Source: a bacterium (GTDB lineage Bacteria; DUMJ01). Taken from it: 10,147 nucleotides of DNA. The position numbers were made by a program, and so were the translations under genes. Positions 6,820 to 10,147 of the stretch are shown here, piece by piece (position 1 is the first letter of the stretch; every line of letters starts with the position of its first letter). The notes under the pieces were generated by a model. The model did not search any database. It saw nothing but the letters and a program-made list of their open reading frames with translations, and had not been told where the DNA came from. The stretch covers positions 1-10,147 of the forward strand of contig JBMFMV010000063.1 in assembly GCA_049970495.1 (NCBI GenBank), written 5' to 3'.

Positions 6820-7614
6820 ATGGGAATTCTTCAATATTCCTTTATGCAGGATGCCCTCATAAATGGGGTATTAATTGGAATTTTATGCCCCTTGATAGGG
6901 ACATTTTTAGTATTAAAAAATCTCTCTCTTATTGCTGATGGTATAGCTCATTTTTCTTTCGGTGGAATAGCTCTAGGTATAGTTCTTGGTATTAGTCCTA
7001 ACTTTACTCTTCTTATCTTTTCTCTTATAGGAGGATTAATGATAAACTATATAATTAGAAAATCGAGTCTCTTTGGAGACACTGTTATAGCAATACTCTT
7101 ATCTACTGGGTTAGCTATAGGGATAACTATTATAAGTATAGCTAAAGGGATGAACTTCAATATAAATGCCTATCTCTTTGGAAGCCTTTTAGCTATTGAT
7201 AGAGGAGAAATTATCTTTGCCCTGTACTTTGGAATTCCAGTCATTATTCTTACTCTAATCTTTTATAGACCTTTACTCTACATAACACTTGACGAGGACT
7301 CTGCTAAAGCTAGTGGATTACCTGTAGAGATATTAAATACTTTGCTTGTATTGATAAGTACTATTACTGTAGCTATAACTATAAGGATAGCTGGTATTTT
7401 ACTTGCATCTGCACTTACAGTAATTCCTGTTGCTACTGGTATGCAGATCTCTAAGAGTTTCAAAGGAACACTTGTGTCTTCTGTAACTGTCGGGGTTATC
7501 TCTATAATCTTAGGGCTTTTTCTATCCTACTGTTTAAACATAGCTCCCGGTGGAGCTATAGTGATTGTAAATGTTTTGATTTTCTTAATGAGTCTCTCTG
7601 GGCTCTTTCACTAG
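6820..7614 (+). CDS. znuB: Zinc ABC transporter permease (ABC-3 family)
   Basis: LIGTFLVLKNLSLIADGIAHFSFGG, AYLFGSLLAI, DEDSAKASGLPV and APGGAIV motifs; hydrophobic throughout. SD AAGGAG. Confidence 0.9.
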   Translation: MGILQYSFMQDALINGVLIGILCPLIGTFLVLKNLSLIADGIAHFSFGGIALGIVLGISPNFTLLIFSLIGGLMINYIIRKSSLFGDTVIAILLSTGLAIGITIISIAKGMNFNINAYLFGSLLAIDRGEIIFALYFGIPVIILTLIFYRPLLYITLDEDSAKASGLPVEILNTLLVLISTITVAITIRIAGILLASALTVIPVATGMQISKSFKGTLVSSVTVGVISIILGLFLSYCLNIAPGGAIVIVNVLIFLMSLSGLFH

Positions 7615-8850
7615 AAATGCTATTATAAAGAAACTTATAAGGTTTAAGATGAAGGCTATGAAAAACATTGGCTTATAGCCCATTTTATTCGCAAGGACCC
7701 CACCTATTATTGGGGCGGTAAAGCTAAATGGACCTATTAGAGTATTTGACAATCCTACATAGACAGGCCTAAGCTCTATCGGGGCAAATTCTGTTAATAG
7801 CGCCATTCCAGATGTCATAAATGTACTATTGTTTATCCCCAAAAATATAAATGCCAGATATGCAGTCCAAGGGCTGATGCCCAGTATAAGCCCTAGATAA
7901 CCTAATAGGAGGGATAAGACCCCTATGGATAGTACTAGTTTGTGCCCTTTTAAGTCACCTAAAGGACCTACTAAGAATGTTGATATTGTCTGTGAACCTA
8001 AGAGGAAGGCGGCGAATATCCCCGCATAGTCATCACCGAGGTTAAATGCCTTAAGACTATAGATTGTATAAAAACCTATCCCCATGCCTCCTAATGCTGA
8101 AAGAGTCCTTCCTAATATGTATAGTGTGAAGTTTCTATCTGCTTTTAGGATATTTGGTAAATTCTTCATATACTGGCTTAGGCTCAGGTCATCAGAGTCT
8201 ACAATTAACTCTGGTTCTTTTGCCAGTGCTATAAAAAAATAAGACAATCCTAGTCCAATACTAGCACTTATAAAGCAGTAGAAGAAATTATAAGGAAAGC
8301 TGTATGTCTCTAAGAACTTTCTTGCCCAAAAAGATGCAAATATTCCTAAGACTCCACCTATACCAAATCCTGCTGAGAAAAGCGTCCCCATTTTGTTGGG
8401 GGGCATAATTTTTGCTATGTAATCTAGCCATGCAGGATAGAGGATTCCACCAGTAAAAGCGGCGATAAATACCAAAAATAGAGAAAGGTATAAAGTTAGA
8501 AGAGGATTTGATGTGGCTAAAAATATCAGCAAAAATGCAATAACTAGATAAGGAAGCCTCTCTCCTATCGTCCACTTTAATATGAAGTCTAACTTTCTAG
8601 GGAGTTTTGCTATCATCCTTGCCCCGATTATGCTTGGTATAGTCCAACCGAGACTGGCTATCGCTGGGAGAAGCCCTATGTGTATGTTACTACCGCCTAG
8701 ATTTTTGATGAGAACAGGAAATATAGTAGAGATTGAATAAAAAGTTGAGCCCATACTGAAAAATGCCATATCGAGGGTATTTACAATGAAGTTCCTTTTA
8801 TAGTATCTAGCTACGAACTTTTCTATATCTTTTAGCTCTCTACTTTGCAC
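7585..8850 (-). CDS. MFS transporter
   Basis: About 420 aa with around 12 hydrophobic segments and a motif A-like GPLGDLKGHK in the C-terminal half. GTG at 8850 is better spaced from SD GAGGG than the TTG at 8853. Confidence 0.88.
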   Translation of the reverse strand: MQSRELKDIEKFVARYYKRNFIVNTLDMAFFSMGSTFYSISTIFPVLIKNLGGSNIHIGLLPAIASLGWTIPSIIGARMIAKLPRKLDFILKWTIGERLPYLVIAFLLIFLATSNPLLTLYLSLFLVFIAAFTGGILYPAWLDYIAKIMPPNKMGTLFSAGFGIGGVLGIFASFWARKFLETYSFPYNFFYCFISASIGLGLSYFFIALAKEPELIVDSDDLSLSQYMKNLPNILKADRNFTLYILGRTLSALGGMGIGFYTIYSLKAFNLGDDYAGIFAAFLLGSQTISTFLVGPLGDLKGHKLVLSIGVLSLLLGYLGLILGISPWTAYLAFIFLGINNSTFMTSGMALLTEFAPIELRPVYVGLSNTLIGPFSFTAPIIGGVLANKMGYKPMFFIAFILNLISFFIIAFLVKEPRETH

Positions 8851-10147
8851 CAATCGCCCTCTATGAATCTTAGCGGAACCCTTTTGTTTAGTTTATACCC
8901 TATTAACATATTCCAAAGGCTTGATATTCCTTGCTTTAGTAGTCTCTTAGGCCTACCATAGAATGATATATAAGCCTTTGCTATTAGCCATCTTACCTCG
9001 ATAGGATTTAGATATTCTAACCTAAATACGTTATATCCTCCATCATATTTGAGCCAGTTCTTATTTATAATCTTCGATTTTACCTCTTCAAATAGGGCAG
9101 TCCCAGGATATGGGGTTAGTACAGAAAACTGTGCTATATCTGGGTCTAGATTCTTAGCATAGTTGATAGTCCTCTGTATCATCTCCTTTGTCTCTTCTAT
9201 AGCCCCTAAAATGAAGCTTCCCATAACCTTTATCTTATTCTTACGGAGGATATTAATCGCCTCTTTTGCCTTTTCTACGACAAGTTTTTTCTTGAAACTA
9301 TCAAGAACTTCCTGATTAGCACTTTCAAATCCAATGAAGACCATGTAGTTTCCAGCTTTAGCCATGAGCTCAACCATCTTGGGATTATTTAGTATCCCTT
9401 CTACTCTCGAGAATGCCCACCACTTAAATTTCCATCCACGCCTAAGTATCTCTTCACATAGTTCTACAACTCTATTAGGGTTTAGGGTAAAATTATCATC
9501 AAAGAAAGCTATTGCTTTGTATCCATACTTTTTGTAGAGGATTTCTAACTCCTCTATTATGTTCTTTACACCCCTACTTCTCCACTCTATCCCAGAAAAA
9601 GCGGATGCAGAACAAAAGCTGCAGTTGAATGGACAACCTCTAGAGGTTACAATAGAGGTAGCATAAGTTCCTTCTAGTTTTGCAGTATATTTATCCATAG
9701 GGAGAAGATTTCTAGCAGGGAAAGGGAGAGAATCTAAGTCTCTTATCAATTCTGCATTGGGATTTCTTATAAATTCTCCATCCTTTATGTAAGATATCCC
9801 CTTTACCTCTCTTATGTCCTTTTTCTCTTCCAAGGCTCTTACTAGGTCTAGCATTATGAATTCTCCCTCTCCTCTGACTACATAGTCTATGAAGCCAGTC
9901 CCTAGAGTTTCTCTATCCAGGAATGTTGTGTGTGGTCCCCCTATAACTACTTTACAACCCTTAGCCTTTGCATATCTAGCAATACTAAGGGCTATAGGAT
10001 ATCTAGTAGTATCAGTAGAAATCCCTACTATATCAAAATCCTGATAAGGAATATTACTAATCTTTATCTGATCTACATTTAGGTCGATTACTTTTACAAT
10101 ATATCCTTCTCTCTGTAAAGCTCCAGCTATATATCCAACCCCCAGTG
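8832..10147 (-). CDS. B12-binding domain radical SAM protein (class B methyltransferase / BchE-like), 5'-truncated by the window edge
   Basis: Frame is open to the window end: LGVGYIAGAL..DIVGIS..VVIGGPHTT..DYVVRGEGE (cobalamin-binding domain), then TSRGCPFNCSFC (CxxxCxxC), FFDDNF, IGFES and TPYPGT. Confidence 0.93.
   Translation of the reverse strand, partial: LGVGYIAGALQREGYIVKVIDLNVDQIKISNIPYQDFDIVGISTDTTRYPIALSIARYAKAKGCKVVIGGPHTTFLDRETLGTGFIDYVVRGEGEFIMLDLVRALEEKKDIREVKGISYIKDGEFIRNPNAELIRDLDSLPFPARNLLPMDKYTAKLEGTYATSIVTSRGCPFNCSFCSASAFSGIEWRSRGVKNIIEELEILYKKYGYKAIAFFDDNFTLNPNRVVELCEEILRRGWKFKWWAFSRVEGILNNPKMVELMAKAGNYMVFIGFESANQEVLDSFKKKLVVEKAKEAINILRKNKIKVMGSFILGAIEETKEMIQRTINYAKNLDPDIAQFSVLTPYPGTALFEEVKSKIINKNWLKYDGGYNVFRLEYLNPIEVRWLIAKAYISFYGRPKRLLKQGISSLWNMLIGYKLNKRVPLRFIEGDWCKVES

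Noticed and set aside
81..8575. Short shadow ORFs (81-275, 927-1151, 1176-1415, 2464-2661, 3816-4016, 3847-4188, 4146-4340, 4630-4812, 4857-5039, 5715-6047, 7278-7463, 8288-8575)
   Set aside because: All overlap well-supported genes in antisense or alternative frames and show no recognisable motifs.
1..10147. CRISPR array, tRNA/rRNA gene or intact transposase
   Set aside because: No regularly spaced repeats, structured RNA gene or transposase motifs were seen. Nearly all the sequence is accounted for by protein-coding genes.

Overview
AT-rich bacterial window in three parts. (1) 1-2640 is the decayed end of a probable defence island. It holds a 5'-truncated pRiA4b ORF-3 family gene and a DUF1156-type (COG1743) adenine DNA methyltransferase gene. 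That gene is split by a -1 frameshift on an in-phase A_AAA_AAG slippery heptamer and stops before its catalytic DPPY half. A lone GTGG-headed REP-like palindrome (2586-2609) lies just after the break. (2) 2654-4670 is on the minus strand: a terminator, a secreted DUF4350/GATase-like gene broken by two mutually compensating frameshifts, and a Gfo/Idh/MocA oxidoreductase. (3) 4737-10147 holds a zur-znuACB-type zinc uptake operon with a clear sigma70 promoter and a perfect 9-5-9 operator. It converges, with overlapping 3' ends, on a minus-strand operon of an MFS transporter and a B12-binding radical SAM enzyme that runs off the window. All family assignments come from motif recognition by eye; no database search was run.
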